A stretch of 64,000 bases of DNA from an uncultured Acidobacteriota bacterium (GCA_963796275.1 CAWCKY010000002.1:672001-736000), one strand, 5' to 3'; shown: positions 1 to 11,248, counted from the first letter of the stretch. Notes: a model not told the origin generated them from the letters alone. Program-made: numbers and translations.

Positions 1-646
1 ATTCGCTTCGATCAGTGACCTCGATCTTGCTCAACCAGCGAGGCTGCTTCATCCCATAAATATTGGGCAGCAGCACGCGCGCCGGGAACCCATGTTCGCC
101 CGGCAAGGGTTCGCCATTCATCTCATAGGCGATGAAAGATTGGTCGCTCATGGCGACCTCGAGCGGAACGCTGGAATAGAAGCCATCAAGCGCGTGGAAG
201 ACCACTCTCAACCCATCCTTTTTCTGTGTTATGACTTTGGCGATTACGGGAGCGAGCGGTGTCACCGTCCATTCGGCATTACCGATCGATGATCCGCCGA
301 CCGCATTTCCGACGCACTCGAAAGTCTTAAAAACGCGCCGTTTCTCGAGATTCAACAATTCTGCATAGTTGAGTTTGTAGTTGCGCGACTCGAGCCCTAC
401 TACTTCCAGTCGCCAGATATCCCGATTGGTTTTTGCCGTATACCCGGGATATATGCAGATCGTGTAAAAATCATCGTTCTCCGTAACGTATTTCGTTTCC
501 CGCTGAGCTATCGGGCGCGGGCGGTCGCGCCACCATCGATACCCGAAGTAAGAGCCGGTCATGCCGATGGCGCCCAATAGAAATCTGCGACGCCCGGACT
601 TCTTTCGGCTTTCCTCTAACTGTTTGATCGAATCGAAGAGTGCCAT
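1..646 (-). CDS. Molybdopterin-dependent oxidoreductase (sulfite oxidase/MsrP-like), Tat-exported; 3' end runs off the window
   Basis: Manual minus-strand translation: MALFDSIKQLEESRKKSGRRRFLLGAIG (twin-arginine-like signal) ... IAYEMNGEPLPGEHGFPARVLLPNIYGMKQPRWL, the Oxidored_molyb signature. Not in the ORF track because it is partial. Confidence 0.85.
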   Translation of the reverse strand, partial: MALFDSIKQLEESRKKSGRRRFLLGAIGMTGSYFGYRWWRDRPRPIAQRETKYVTENDDFYTICIYPGYTAKTNRDIWRLEVVGLESRNYKLNYAELLNLEKRRVFKTFECVGNAVGGSSIGNAEWTVTPLAPVIAKVITQKKDGLRVVFHALDGFYSSVPLEVAMSDQSFIAYEMNGEPLPGEHGFPARVLLPNIYGMKQPRWLSKIEVTDRSE

Positions 647-769
647 ATCATTTTTCCTATGAATATTCCGAAGAAGGTAGACAGAATTCCCGGACTGGAA
701 TTACAAGATACATCACCAATCGGTCCACCAAACATTCCGGTAAAATTCTGCCTGTTAATCCATCAAAAT

Positions 770-3289
770 TTATCGTCCCATCGGATTTTCCGGCCAGGCG
801 TGGCGCGGATACTTCCGGCTCAACTCGCGGCGCACCTGCGGATACATCCGCTCCCAGAAGCCGGCTAAATCTGTTGTCACCTGAACGGGTCTTCGATTAG
901 GGGCGAGTAGATGCAACACGAGCGGAACTCGTCCGCCCGCGATCCTTGGGCCTTCTGTCATGCCGAAAAAATCCTGTAGGCGTGACTCAATCCACGGAGG
1001 TTTTCCACGCTCGTAGTTTACGCGTACCTGGCGGCGTCCTGCAATCGCGACGTCCTCCGGCGCATCCCGAGAGAGCAATCGCTTCTGTTCCGGATTCAAT
1101 TTTCGCCGCATTGATTCGATCAGGCCGCCGCGACCTGCAGCCTCCCGCAATTGAGCGAAACTGTTCAACCCGGCACATAAGGCGATCAAGGCTTCACGCA
1201 CAACGGAATCATCAATTATCGGCAGCCCGGCTTCGGGAAATGTGCGGGCGACGAAATCTATCCGAGCGATAAATTTTTCAACTACATCCGAATCCACGAA
1301 TCTCTGCAGTCCGGCGGCCAGCGCCGCTTCGGCGAGAATTTTCGCGGCCTCATCGCTGTCCGTTTGACTCGCCCTGGCCTCATCGACGACGAGTTGGTCG
1401 TAGAGCAATCGTTTGACGATCTCGACGCGTTCGGTTTGCGCATTCCACTGACAATCGGTCGTCTCGCGCATTTGATCGGAGAAAAGATCGATCAGCCATT
1501 CGGGCTCGATCGCGCTCGCAATGCGCACCAGCTTGCCCGCTTCCCGCCGCTCTTCGGCGTCGACCGCAACCATGAATTCGGATTTCATCACGACACTAGA
1601 TGAAGAGAGCGAAGCAGCCCCGCCGTTCGATAAGAGCAAATCGGCGTTGCCCGATTTCAATGACCTGCGCCTCGCCACGCGGTCGGGATACCCCGCGAGT
1701 ATCGAGATCAGGATATCTGACTCCTCCTCCGTTGAAACAGCCGCATCGTTTTTTTCGACCAACCTCTGAAGCTGTTTTCGCACTCTCTCAACTGCCATCA
1801 CAGCTCCAGCTTCTAAATCATGCAACCCCGAGAAATTCGAACTGGCGGCTCGTTCAAACAGGTCCAAACGATCAAGCAGATCGCTCGGGCCGGCGGTCTG
1901 AGCCCGTCGCCGTTCATCTTTGAAAAGATCCGTCGCGACTATATCTCTTTCGCCGATCAAGGCCGCAATGATCGAAACCTGTTGGCCCACGCCTCGCGAT
2001 CGCGCCTCATCGATCATGCGTGACTGGCGGGGATGTAACGGAAAGCGGAGCATACGGGCGCCGGCTGGGGTGACGTCACCGCTCTCATCGATCGCGCCGA
2101 GCCTCTTCAACAAATTATCCGCGGCATCTATGGCGCGCTGCGGCGGTTGTTCGAACCATTCAAAGACGCGAACATCGGAAATCCCGGCAGCGTGCAGTTC
2201 GAGCGCGGGCTCAGCCAGATCGAGTCGGTGAATTTCCGCAGTTTCGTAATCCGGGCGGGCGTTAAAATCCTGCGCGGTATATAGTCTCAGACATCTTCCC
2301 GGACGCGTACGTCCGGCCCTTCCGGCTCGCTGCTCCGCCGAAGCCCTGCTGATCCGTGACACATTCAAAGTCGGAAGGCCCGACCACGGCGAATGCCCGG
2401 CAATTCGCGCCAGACCTGAATCGATCACGGCCGCCACGCCATCGATGGTCACCGAACTTTCGGCAACATTTGTCGAAAGGATCAACTTGCGTTGCGCGGC
2501 TGGCCGTACCGCCATGTCCTGTTGGGCAGCGGACAGCTCGCCGTGGAGCGGCAGCATCAGCAGGTCGTGGCCTTCTGCAACCGTGGAACACGCCTTCTGT
2601 GCCTTCCTGATCTCCGCCGCTCCCGGCAGAAATACGAGGATGTCGCCATCGATTTTCTCGTCCGCCAACCGCTTTACCGCCGCTGCTATCTGTGCCGCCA
2701 CCGGTCGATCGTCCGGTCGCATCAGATGTTCGATCGCAACCTCGAACTGCTTCCCTTCCGATCTCAGCGTAGGGGCGTTCCCCAGGTATGCGGCGATGGG
2801 GGCGGCCGCGAGAGTCGCGGACATCACGACCAATTTAAGATCAGGCCTTTTGCCATTCTGTAACCGGCGCAAAAGTGCGAGCGCCAGGTCGGCGTGCAGA
2901 TGGCGTTCGTGGAACTCATCTAGCACGACGAGCCCGACATTTGCGAGGTGCGGATTAGAAAGCAATCTTCGGGTCAATACTCCCTCGGTTAAAAACCGCA
3001 GGCGCGTGCGCGGCCCGGCGACCTCTTCAAATCGCACCTGATATCCGATCGTTTCGCCCAATTTTTCTCCTCGCTCCTCGGCGACCCGGCGAGCGGCCAG
3101 ACGGGCAGCCAGTCTCCTGGGTTCGAGCACCCAGACCTCGCCGTCACCGGCCAGTCCGGCATCGAGCAATGCCGTTGGCACACGAGTCGTTTTTCCCGCG
3201 CCCGGCGGAGCTTCAATAACGAGATGCGGATTTCGGCTCAATTGCTGGATGATGTCGGGAAGGAGCGAATCGATGGGTAGGGACTGCAT
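770..3289 (-). CDS. hrpB: ATP-dependent helicase HrpB
   Basis: APPGAGKTT Walker A, LDEFHER DExH box, MSAT, QRAGRAGR motif VI, and HrpB C-terminus (LHLLAPNRRPVQVTTDLAGFW...YPRHAWPENP). Confidence 0.95.
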   Translation of the reverse strand: MQSLPIDSLLPDIIQQLSRNPHLVIEAPPGAGKTTRVPTALLDAGLAGDGEVWVLEPRRLAARLAARRVAEERGEKLGETIGYQVRFEEVAGPRTRLRFLTEGVLTRRLLSNPHLANVGLVVLDEFHERHLHADLALALLRRLQNGKRPDLKLVVMSATLAAAPIAAYLGNAPTLRSEGKQFEVAIEHLMRPDDRPVAAQIAAAVKRLADEKIDGDILVFLPGAAEIRKAQKACSTVAEGHDLLMLPLHGELSAAQQDMAVRPAAQRKLILSTNVAESSVTIDGVAAVIDSGLARIAGHSPWSGLPTLNVSRISRASAEQRAGRAGRTRPGRCLRLYTAQDFNARPDYETAEIHRLDLAEPALELHAAGISDVRVFEWFEQPPQRAIDAADNLLKRLGAIDESGDVTPAGARMLRFPLHPRQSRMIDEARSRGVGQQVSIIAALIGERDIVATDLFKDERRRAQTAGPSDLLDRLDLFERAASSNFSGLHDLEAGAVMAVERVRKQLQRLVEKNDAAVSTEEESDILISILAGYPDRVARRRSLKSGNADLLLSNGGAASLSSSSVVMKSEFMVAVDAEERREAGKLVRIASAIEPEWLIDLFSDQMRETTDCQWNAQTERVEIVKRLLYDQLVVDEARASQTDSDEAAKILAEAALAAGLQRFVDSDVVEKFIARIDFVARTFPEAGLPIIDDSVVREALIALCAGLNSFAQLREAAGRGGLIESMRRKLNPEQKRLLSRDAPEDVAIAGRRQVRVNYERGKPPWIESRLQDFFGMTEGPRIAGGRVPLVLHLLAPNRRPVQVTTDLAGFWERMYPQVRRELSRKYPRHAWPENPMGR

Positions 3290-3320
3290 TCGACTTGAAT
3301 TCAGTTTGAGACGTGCTAAT

Positions 3321-3403
3321 CATTTTTCATCGTTCATTCGTCATTTGTCATCTGGTTTTTTTGTAAACCTTCAATGACAAATGACAGATGAACGATGAAA
3401 ATG
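3321..3403. repeat. Long inverted repeat built from 7-bp units (REP-like or terminator)
   Basis: CATTTTTCATCGTTCATTCGTCATTTGTCAT (3321-3351) pairs almost perfectly with ATGACAAATGACAGATGAACGATGAAAATG (3374-3403). Confidence 0.75.
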
Positions 3404-3406
3404 AAA

Positions 3407-4462
3407 TCACTTATGTGACGTGTTCTGATAGTGCGCGCGCAGCAGGTCCTCACCGAAATCGCCGTTGAAATCGCGCCAGGTCGTATGAATATGGTTGGCG
3501 TTGTTCTGCGTGTCGTCGTATTCGATGAGAAATGTCGGGCCCTGGATGCGATAGTAATGCGGCTCGCCGCGATTGGTGCCGCCGGCCCAGGCGAAATGGA
3601 CCTTATCCGTTCCCGCCTCACGAACCTTTTTCCTCCGCTCATCCGCGATATCTTGCGGCATACGCGAGAAGTATTCTTCCATCAGTTTGTTGAGCAGGTC
3701 TTTCTGCTGCTTTGTCATCTGGGCCGCCGCCACGCCTTCCGGTTTGAGCGGATCGGCTTTCTTCGAATTGCCCGTGATGACATCGCGCGGCGCGGTTTTA
3801 TCGAAGATCGCCGTCGAGCGCTGTTTTTCATCGAGCGCCAGGATCAACTCGCGTCCTCGGTCCTCTTCGGCGGCAAGCGCGCGCAGCCCCTGGCGCGGCC
3901 CCTGTTTCACCTCAGCCGGATTCGCGCCGAAAAAGAACGGCGTATTCGCGATCAGTTCGCCTTTAACAACCGTGAAATTGAGCGCGAGGTGGTGGCCTTC
4001 GAAGCGCCAACCCCAGACGTTTTTAGTCGAAGGTTCGCCGAAGATCGAGAAAAAATAGAGCTCCGGATCACGTACCGGACCGCTTCCCTTCTCCAGCTCT
4101 TTCAGGATCGGCTCGAGACTCATGATCGTGGTGGCTTTCTGATAACCGTTGGCGCTCAGCCCGCTCTTCATGAATTCGATGGCGGCCTTGCGCTGCTCCG
4201 CACTCAACTCCTTGATGGGCAGGCCCTGACGAGCGCGGGGGATGAAATGCCAATCGTACCGCTGCTGGTCATCGAAACGGAAAACAGCTTTTGCCTTTTG
4301 TTCCGGTGATAGTACGGAGAGAAATTTATTCGCGCTATCCGCCATAGCGGCAGCCGAGCGAAGGCGGGCTATCCCGTCGACGATCGAGTATGAGATGAGC
4401 AAAACTGCGCCCATGCAGGAGAGTGTGAGTGAGATGATCCTCAGGGTTTTCAGCGTTTTCAT
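3407..4462 (-). CDS. DUF3500 domain protein
   Basis: WHFIPR, WGWRFEGHHLALNFT, YYRIQGPTFLIEYDDTQNNANHIH and WRDFNGDFGEDLLRAHY motifs; N-terminal hydrophobic anchor. Confidence 0.9.
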   Translation of the reverse strand: MKTLKTLRIISLTLSCMGAVLLISYSIVDGIARLRSAAAMADSANKFLSVLSPEQKAKAVFRFDDQQRYDWHFIPRARQGLPIKELSAEQRKAAIEFMKSGLSANGYQKATTIMSLEPILKELEKGSGPVRDPELYFFSIFGEPSTKNVWGWRFEGHHLALNFTVVKGELIANTPFFFGANPAEVKQGPRQGLRALAAEEDRGRELILALDEKQRSTAIFDKTAPRDVITGNSKKADPLKPEGVAAAQMTKQQKDLLNKLMEEYFSRMPQDIADERRKKVREAGTDKVHFAWAGGTNRGEPHYYRIQGPTFLIEYDDTQNNANHIHTTWRDFNGDFGEDLLRAHYQNTSHK

Positions 4463-4634
4463 CTTTGTCCTCCGGGCTTGTTCAATATTCGAGATATGGT
4501 ATGCCGCAAATCTAAGCTGACTCTATACGCAAGTCAATAAGCGCCGAAGAATAAATCGCTCTTGCCAAGCCAGGACATCTCACTTATCGTTTTCGCATCA
4601 AATCTCAACATCAGATCACAAGGAGAAAATATAA

Positions 4635-5567
4635 ATGCTAAAGCAGAATCTCATTGCCTCTTTCTTCCTCGTCTTCGCCGGCATTATTACATACGCGCAG
4701 GACAATCCATTTCTAGGGAAATGGGATATCACAGGCACGGCACCAAATAACAACCATGTCTACTGGTTGGAAGTGAAATTGGAAGGAGGTAAGCTGGTCG
4801 GCTATTTCCTCAATCGCGGCGGAAGTGTGACGAAGTTGCCCGAGATAGCCATCGATAATGGCGAACTCGTCTTCTCACCCTCGGCCAAGGCTGATCCGGC
4901 GAAGCCCGTCCATCGCGCAAAAGTCGAGGATGGACGGCTGCTCGGCATGCTGACGGCCGGTGACCGCGAGATCGCATGGATCGGAGTACGCCCGCCCAAG
5001 TGGGGAGATTTCAACGCGAACGCGAAACACAAATTGGGGACACCGGTGCCGCTCTTTGACGGCAAGACGATGGATAGCTGGGATGTTCAACATAAAGATC
5101 GTCCCTCCGGCTGGAGCATCGTCGATGGTGCCATGACGAACGAACCGCACGCCAACAATCTGGTCTCCAAACACCGTTTCCAGGATTTCAAAATCCATTG
5201 CGAATACAAACTCGAAAATAAGAGCAACAGTGGAATCTACCTGCGCGGGCGCTATGAGCTGCAGGTATTCGATGATGCCGGTAAGGAACCTGAAAGCCAT
5301 GGCCATATGGCGCTTTACAGCCGCGTCGCTCCGCTCGTCAATGCCAGCTTGCCCGCCGGCCAATGGCAGGTGATGGATGCGACGATCGTAGGCAACCGGT
5401 TGACCGTATTCCTCAACGGAAAAAAGGTGCAAGACAACATCGCCATTGATGGCATCACGGGTGGCGCGCTCGACAGCAATGAAGGGGACCCCGGGCCGAT
5501 CATGCTGCAAGGAGATCACGAAAAAATATGGTACCGCAAAGTTATTGTAACGCCGATTGTGAAGTGA
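4635..5567 (+). CDS. DUF1080 (3-keto-disaccharide hydrolase-like) secreted protein
   Basis: Signal peptide; LFDGKTMDSW, NSGIYLRGRYELQV and GPIMLQGDH motifs. Confidence 0.9.
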   Translation: MLKQNLIASFFLVFAGIITYAQDNPFLGKWDITGTAPNNNHVYWLEVKLEGGKLVGYFLNRGGSVTKLPEIAIDNGELVFSPSAKADPAKPVHRAKVEDGRLLGMLTAGDREIAWIGVRPPKWGDFNANAKHKLGTPVPLFDGKTMDSWDVQHKDRPSGWSIVDGAMTNEPHANNLVSKHRFQDFKIHCEYKLENKSNSGIYLRGRYELQVFDDAGKEPESHGHMALYSRVAPLVNASLPAGQWQVMDATIVGNRLTVFLNGKKVQDNIAIDGITGGALDSNEGDPGPIMLQGDHEKIWYRKVIVTPIVK

Positions 5568-5800
5568 ACAATTGAATAAGTCGGTCGGCCAATGAAATCC
5601 GGCTCACCGAAACGAGCGGAGAGGGTAGAAGAGGATAGATGATGTCGGCAGAGTGAGCGGTATTGAGGATGCATCTGATTCACATCGCGATCTCTGCCCC
5701 ATCTGAAATGAGCCGGGTGTCTCCTTGCGGACGGTTATCCATGCTATGTACGATGAACAAACGAGCTTGACTCAGGCGATAAGTTTTTCACGATCATCCT

Positions 5801-7096
5801 TTGCGGTATAATCCCGATATGTCTAACTTCAGTCTTTTACGAAATGCTTTCAGTCTCTTGTTACTTGGCGTCACATTCACTTTTCCTTCCTTCGGTCAAT
5901 CAGCGCTCAATATACAAGCAGAATCCGGTTTGAGGACCCAGAATCCGGTCGGCCGACCCAACCAACAGCCGATCACGATCTCCAACCCGAGTCTCCCTCC
6001 CAAACAGATCACTCCGCAGGCTCGCCGCAACATCGGCGTCTTTTTCGACAAGCTGCGCGCAGGTAAGGCCGTCACAGTCGCATATCTCGGCGGGTCGATA
6101 GCTGCGGGCATAGGCGCAAGCAATCCGGAAAAAAGTTCTTACCGCGCGCTCGTCACCGACTGGCTGAAAAAGCAGTATCCGAAATCTCAGATAACCGAGA
6201 TCAACGCGGCAGTCGTCGGGACGGGATCGCTATACGGCGCCCTGCGCGCGCGGCGCGACGTGATCGCTTTCAAACCCGATCTCGTCTTCATCGATTTCAC
6301 GATCGACGACGCAAGCGAGGAAGAAGGCTCGGCGAAGAAAGCCATAGAGGGTCTGCTGCGGCAGCTCCTGATAATCCCCCAGCCGCCGGAAATCCTGATG
6401 CTCTACACTACGACGGCGAAACGCGACGTGTCCAACGACTGGCATGAATCGATAGCCGGATATTACCAGGTCCCAGCGATCGACCTACAAACCGAGATAA
6501 ACGCCGTGATCGATGCCGGTAAGATCAAGCCGTCGGAATTCTGGCTGAAAGATGGCGTCAACCCTACTGACTCGGGGCATAGATTCTATGCCGAGCAGAT
6601 TACGAAGTTCCTGGCCGGTCAGGAGACGCTGAAGCCCACGCCGATCGCGCGCAACCTTCCCTCGCCGTTCGTGAGTGACGAAATGAATTACGGCGAGTTC
6701 AAAGCGCTGGCTGAAATCAGACATGATTCGAGTTGGCGCAAGGAACAGAACGCTGATCGCAAGCTGCCGACGATACTGCTGGCGAGCGTCAAGGCGGGAG
6801 CCCAGCTCGATTACTATTTCGAGGGCACGGTCATCGGGATTTCGTTTCGCATGGGGCCAGATTGCGGGATCGTCGAGGTTATGATTGACGGCAAACCTGC
6901 GCCCTTCCCAGTAGGTAGGATCGACTGTTACGACAGCGTAATGCATATCGGCACACGCATAATAGCCGGCGGGCTCAGCCCGGGCGAACATAAACTTACG
7001 ATTCGCGTAACCGGCGAAAAGAACGCCAAGAGCGCGGGCAATGCCGTGCGGCTCGGTTATTTGCTGGTCGGCGGGACGAGGCCGGAGAGGCTGTGA
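5801..7096 (+). CDS. SGNH/GDSL-family hydrolase
   Basis: AYLGGSI block I, PDLVFIDFTIDD, DGVNPTDSGH (block V DxxH appears as DGVN); signal peptide. Confidence 0.8.
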   Translation: MRYNPDMSNFSLLRNAFSLLLLGVTFTFPSFGQSALNIQAESGLRTQNPVGRPNQQPITISNPSLPPKQITPQARRNIGVFFDKLRAGKAVTVAYLGGSIAAGIGASNPEKSSYRALVTDWLKKQYPKSQITEINAAVVGTGSLYGALRARRDVIAFKPDLVFIDFTIDDASEEEGSAKKAIEGLLRQLLIIPQPPEILMLYTTTAKRDVSNDWHESIAGYYQVPAIDLQTEINAVIDAGKIKPSEFWLKDGVNPTDSGHRFYAEQITKFLAGQETLKPTPIARNLPSPFVSDEMNYGEFKALAEIRHDSSWRKEQNADRKLPTILLASVKAGAQLDYYFEGTVIGISFRMGPDCGIVEVMIDGKPAPFPVGRIDCYDSVMHIGTRIIAGGLSPGEHKLTIRVTGEKNAKSAGNAVRLGYLLVGGTRPERL

Positions 7097-7178
7097 AGGC
7101 GAAATCGAAAAGCAAAAAGCGCGAAAGTATTTTTATCTGAGTTTGCCCTTTAGCTGGCTGCTGACCTTTTGTTTCCGC

Positions 7179-8546
7179 TTAACTCATGTAGCGAGAGTCG
7201 CCGCGTAGAATGGGTTCCGGCATCATTTCCATTCTGACTCTCGTAATGCGCCGGCGGACAACGCGTTCGACCGTGAATTTGGTGTCGTTGTACTCGACGA
7301 TGTCGCCCTGAGCGAGGAGACGCCCCGCGCGCGCCATCAAAAACCCGGCGACGGTCATATAGTCATCGGATTCAGGCAGGTTGAGGTTAAATTTCCGATT
7401 CGCATCGCGCACGGAAAGGCTGGCGTCGATAATGAAAACACCCTCGCCGCTTTGCTTCAGTTTATCTGCCGATACTTCATCGTGTTCGTCCTGAATCTCA
7501 CCGACAATCTCCTCCAGTAAATCTTCGAGCGTCAGCATGCCTTCAACACCGCTGTGCTCATCGACGACGATCGCCAGATGCACGTTGCTGCGCTGTAAAC
7601 TCTTGAGTGCGTCACCCAAACGCGCCTTGTCTGGAATGAAGACCGGTTGGCGCATGATCTTCTTGAGGTTGAACTCCTGTGCTCTCAGCAGGTATGGCAT
7701 GACATCTTTTCCGTGGAGCACGCCGACGATGTGGTCGAAGTTGCCGCGGTAAACGGGCAGGCGTGAATAACCGGAGATATGGAATTGATGGACGACTTCG
7801 GCGAACTGCGCTCGATCGTCGATCGCCACAATCTCGGTGCGCGGGACCATGATTTCACGCACCGTCAGTTCGGAGAATTCAAAGACGTTGTGGATCAGTT
7901 CCTTTTCATCTTTCTCTAAATGGCCCGATTGATGGCTGAGATTTATCAGATGGCGGAGCTCCTCTTCGGTATAGACCGTGTGATGACCGGGTCTGAAATT
8001 AACGCCGAAGAGCCTGAGGAATCTGATGCCTGAGACATTGATGAACCAGATGAACGGTTTAAAAGTGCGATAGAACAGGTCCATCCAGCGCGCCGTCGCC
8101 AGAGAGATCGCTTCGGCTTTTTCGATGGCGAACGCCTTGGGCGCGTATTCGCCGAGGACCAGATGGAGATAAGTTATGACAGCCAGAGCGACCGTGATGG
8201 CGATGGAATGTGCGATGAGAGACGAAGCGTCGGGCGGCAGAAACCTGAGGATGATCGGCTCGATGAGACTTGCGATTGTCGATTCGCCGACCGCGCCGAG
8301 CGCGAGGCTGGCGAGCGTGATCCCGAACTGGCTCGCCGAGAGCATGGCGTCGAGTTGATCGAGCGCGCGCAATACGGACGCCGCTCCTTTATGGCCGGAT
8401 GCCACCATAGTTTCGATCCGGGCGCGCCGGACGCTGACCAGCGCGAACTCGACGGCGACGAAGAAGGCGTTCGCCATCACCAGCACTAATACGACAAAAA
8501 TTTTGAAGAGAGCCCATACCATAGGAGGGACTGGATTATAACGCAC
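7179..8546 (-). CDS. Hemolysin/CNNM-family protein (DUF21-CBS-CorC_HlyC)
   Basis: [57 protein letters not shown]. Confidence 0.93.
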   Translation of the reverse strand: MRYNPVPPMVWALFKIFVVLVLVMANAFFVAVEFALVSVRRARIETMVASGHKGAASVLRALDQLDAMLSASQFGITLASLALGAVGESTIASLIEPIILRFLPPDASSLIAHSIAITVALAVITYLHLVLGEYAPKAFAIEKAEAISLATARWMDLFYRTFKPFIWFINVSGIRFLRLFGVNFRPGHHTVYTEEELRHLINLSHQSGHLEKDEKELIHNVFEFSELTVREIMVPRTEIVAIDDRAQFAEVVHQFHISGYSRLPVYRGNFDHIVGVLHGKDVMPYLLRAQEFNLKKIMRQPVFIPDKARLGDALKSLQRSNVHLAIVVDEHSGVEGMLTLEDLLEEIVGEIQDEHDEVSADKLKQSGEGVFIIDASLSVRDANRKFNLNLPESDDYMTVAGFLMARAGRLLAQGDIVEYNDTKFTVERVVRRRITRVRMEMMPEPILRGDSRYMS

Positions 8547-8576
8547 GTTTTCTCTGTTCGACTAATGACAATTTGA

Positions 8577-9383
8577 TTGAGACGATCGATGATCAATGAG
8601 ATAATACATGTCGTCATGGAACAGGGTTGTCCAGGTTGCGGATTCGTTTCAGATCGTCCATCTCGATATTGCCGCCAATGCGGAAAACAGCTCGTTGTCG
8701 AAAATGAGCTGACATCGGCGGAGACTAGAAATTATGACTCGATCCGAGCAGCACAAGCTGCAGGCGTTTCATATCCTTCGCATCCCGGAATGCAAGCCGA
8801 AAATGTGAAGGAGGTTCAAGAAACGGCCCGATTTTATACCCCTCCTCTTACATCCGACTATGACCTCCCTGAGAAGAAAAAATCCAGGACGGGTTTGTGG
8901 CTCATACTCGCCTTGCTCTGTATCCTGCTGGTTGGCGGTGGTTTGGTCACTCTCGTCGTCCATGCATTACGTCCGCCGCGGCAAGTCGCTTCAGCAGGCG
9001 AGGAGAGGCGGTTTCCGTTTCCGCCTCCGCCACCACCTCCCCAATCTCCGGATACATCCCAGGCGGGCATGCCGGCGATATTCGATAAGTACAAATACCC
9101 TAACGCTAATGTCGATCAAACGGTGAGCGGAATAGGGATAGGCGATTTTATCAAGATGAGCACAACCGATACCGTCGGCGTTGTGAGTGATTTTTACAAG
9201 CGGGTAACAAAAGCCCCGCCGATAACCGAGAGCAGAGATAATGATGAGGGGCAGATTATATTTCAGGCTTCCAACTCTCCTCCGATTTTAGTTATCATTG
9301 GCCCCGATGATGAACTCCCCGGCAAGACTCAGATAGTGCTTATCCACTCCAGTTTCCAGATACCCAAAATAGGAAGATACTGA
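8577..9383 (+). CDS. Zinc-ribbon single-pass membrane protein
   Basis: CPGCG...YCRQCG zinc ribbon, one transmembrane helix, proline-rich linker. Confidence 0.7.
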   Translation: MRRSMINEIIHVVMEQGCPGCGFVSDRPSRYCRQCGKQLVVENELTSAETRNYDSIRAAQAAGVSYPSHPGMQAENVKEVQETARFYTPPLTSDYDLPEKKKSRTGLWLILALLCILLVGGGLVTLVVHALRPPRQVASAGEERRFPFPPPPPPPQSPDTSQAGMPAIFDKYKYPNANVDQTVSGIGIGDFIKMSTTDTVGVVSDFYKRVTKAPPITESRDNDEGQIIFQASNSPPILVIIGPDDELPGKTQIVLIHSSFQIPKIGRY

Positions 9384-9499
9384 GTCGTATTTTTGGGAAT
9401 CTAGAAAAAAATGGATAGTTGACTCCTCCTCGCGAAAAGGCGTAACATTAATATCTAAAAAAAAATCAACGCGCAAAGTAATTTGCGAGGGAGTTGGCG

Positions 9500-9769
9500 A
9501 TGACCAAGGCCGATCTAGCAAGAGCAGTATATGAGCGGCATGGAGGGATCTCGCTTCAGGATGCGCAACGCATCGTTGATGGAATCTTCACCATCATCAA
9601 GCAACAATTGCTTGATGGCGACCGGGTTCACATAGTAGGGTTTGGGACACTGGAGATAGTCACACGCCGGCCGCGGCGGGGGCGTAATCCGGCGACCGGT
9701 GAAACGATTGAGCTACCAGCGAAACGCGCGCTCGTTTTTCGTCCATCTCGTGCGATGAGATCAGTTTGA
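9500..9769 (+). CDS. ihfA: Integration host factor alpha / HU-family DNA-binding protein
   Basis: MTKADL...GFGTL...GRNPATGE...FRPS HU/IHF signature; sits in the conserved ihfA-merR-tRNA-Pro order. Confidence 0.85.
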   Translation: MTKADLARAVYERHGGISLQDAQRIVDGIFTIIKQQLLDGDRVHIVGFGTLEIVTRRPRRGRNPATGETIELPAKRALVFRPSRAMRSV

Positions 9770-9794
9770 GTCGATCAAGTAAATATTTGATGAT

Positions 9795-10244
9795 ATGCAG
9801 CAATCAGCACTAGTAATCCCAGACAAACTTTTTTTCAAGATCGGAGAGGTCTGCGACATAGTAGGTGTCCAACCACACGTGCTCCGCTACTGGGAATCAG
9901 AATTTCCAATGCTGCAACCGCAGAAGAACCGCGCCGGGCAGCGAACTTACCGGCGGAAGGATGTGGAGATGGCGCTGCGGATCAGAGAACTTCTCTATGA
10001 AGAGGGGTTCACTATCGCGGGAGCGAAACGAAAATTATTGGGAGAAGGTCGTAGCGGAGGATCATCACGATTACAAATCGTGCCGCCAGGAGGGATACCT
10101 AGCGATGAGCCGGAAGCTCCGCCCGAACCCACCACACCCGAGCCGACACCTCAAATATCGCGTCTCTCGCGGGATACCATCAAACGATTGAAACTGATGG
10201 CGGAGGAATTGTTGACATCACTCAAGGCCGATGTTAAAAAGTAG
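9795..10244 (+). CDS. MerR-family transcriptional regulator
   Basis: [12 protein letters not shown]...[11 protein letters not shown]...[13 protein letters not shown], typical of the MerR gene downstream of ihfA. Confidence 0.92.
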   Translation: MQQSALVIPDKLFFKIGEVCDIVGVQPHVLRYWESEFPMLQPQKNRAGQRTYRRKDVEMALRIRELLYEEGFTIAGAKRKLLGEGRSGGSSRLQIVPPGGIPSDEPEAPPEPTTPEPTPQISRLSRDTIKRLKLMAEELLTSLKADVKK

Positions 10245-10274
10245 CCCGTTTCAACATCGGGGTTGAGCGAAAAA

Positions 10275-10351
<77 letters not shown>

Positions 10352-10358
10352 CTTTTAG

Positions 10359-10424
10359 AATCAATAGTTTACGGGCGCTGAGGAGGCGCCCGTTTTCATT
10401 GTGTTACACATTGAGTTACACATT
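10359..10424 (+). promoter_or_regulatory. att-junction signals: IHF site, hairpin and arm-type direct repeats
   Basis: AATCAATAGTTTA (10359-10371) matches the IHF consensus WATCAANNNNTTR; GTTACACATT is repeated at 10403 and 10415. Confidence 0.65.
10371..10397 (+). terminator. Rho-independent terminator-like hairpin after the tRNA
   Basis: ACGGGCGC-tgaggag-GCGCCCGT followed by TTTC. Confidence 0.65.
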
Positions 10425-10642
10425 CGCCCCGAAAAATATTTTCGAATTAGCCATATCGCATTGGTCTTTTCCACAGTAATCCGGCTCAGTCAGCAGAAGG
10501 ATCACTCTCTTATAAAGATTCAAATGATCGCTCAGTCCCCGGGCGACTTTCTCCAATCTACTGGACAGGTATCGGAAGAAAACATAGCAATCGAATCCAG
10601 CCCACGCATCGTTTCTACAACAGTACTGGGACTGCGGTAATA

Positions 10643-11242
10643 ATGCGTGGCAAGAAGATATTGGTGATCATCATCGCGCTGGCGTTGCTGCTTGCCTGTA
10701 TCGTCGCGCTGAGACTGCGAAGGGACAAGCCGATTGGCCCGAGTGTGTCGGAAACTTCGCGATTAATCGGAGGCCCGGCCTTCGAGGTTCAGGTCGAGAT
10801 GCCTGCCTTCAATTCAGGCCGCGCACCTTGGGAGATCCCTGGCGTCATCTTGGGTTACGATCATGGACCGCGGTTCGATCAGGCAAGTCCCGGCGCCCAG
10901 GTCGGGAAGATAGCAGCGGATCATATCGAGCTTAGCGCCGACGGCGGCTGGGACATTTTGATCGAGACCGACGGCGAAGGACGGCTCACTCAAGGAACAC
11001 ACGTCGCATTTCCGGTAAAACTCGGGGGCAGACCGTTGAAATTCAACTGTCGACCCGCAGATCCGACCGTTGGCTATCTTCACACCACCGCGCGCACGGG
11101 CTCGGATGAACTCGAAGGGAGCTTCCAACTGGAAGTCGCTATCTGCAAGAATGCTGTCTCAGGAAAAACTGCCGCGTGGCCCTACCAACCGCTCAAGGTT
11201 CGTGGGAACTTTGCAGGGTTGAAAAAGCAAGGAGAAAGATGA
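10643..11242 (+). CDS. Hypothetical membrane-anchored protein (gene-cassette-like ORF)
   Basis: 199-aa ORF with an N-terminal hydrophobic helix, followed within a few bp by an attC-like site. Confidence 0.65.
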   Translation: MRGKKILVIIIALALLLACIVALRLRRDKPIGPSVSETSRLIGGPAFEVQVEMPAFNSGRAPWEIPGVILGYDHGPRFDQASPGAQVGKIAADHIELSADGGWDILIETDGEGRLTQGTHVAFPVKLGGRPLKFNCRPADPTVGYLHTTARTGSDELEGSFQLEVAICKNAVSGKTAAWPYQPLKVRGNFAGLKKQGER

Positions 11243-11248
11243 GTCGCC

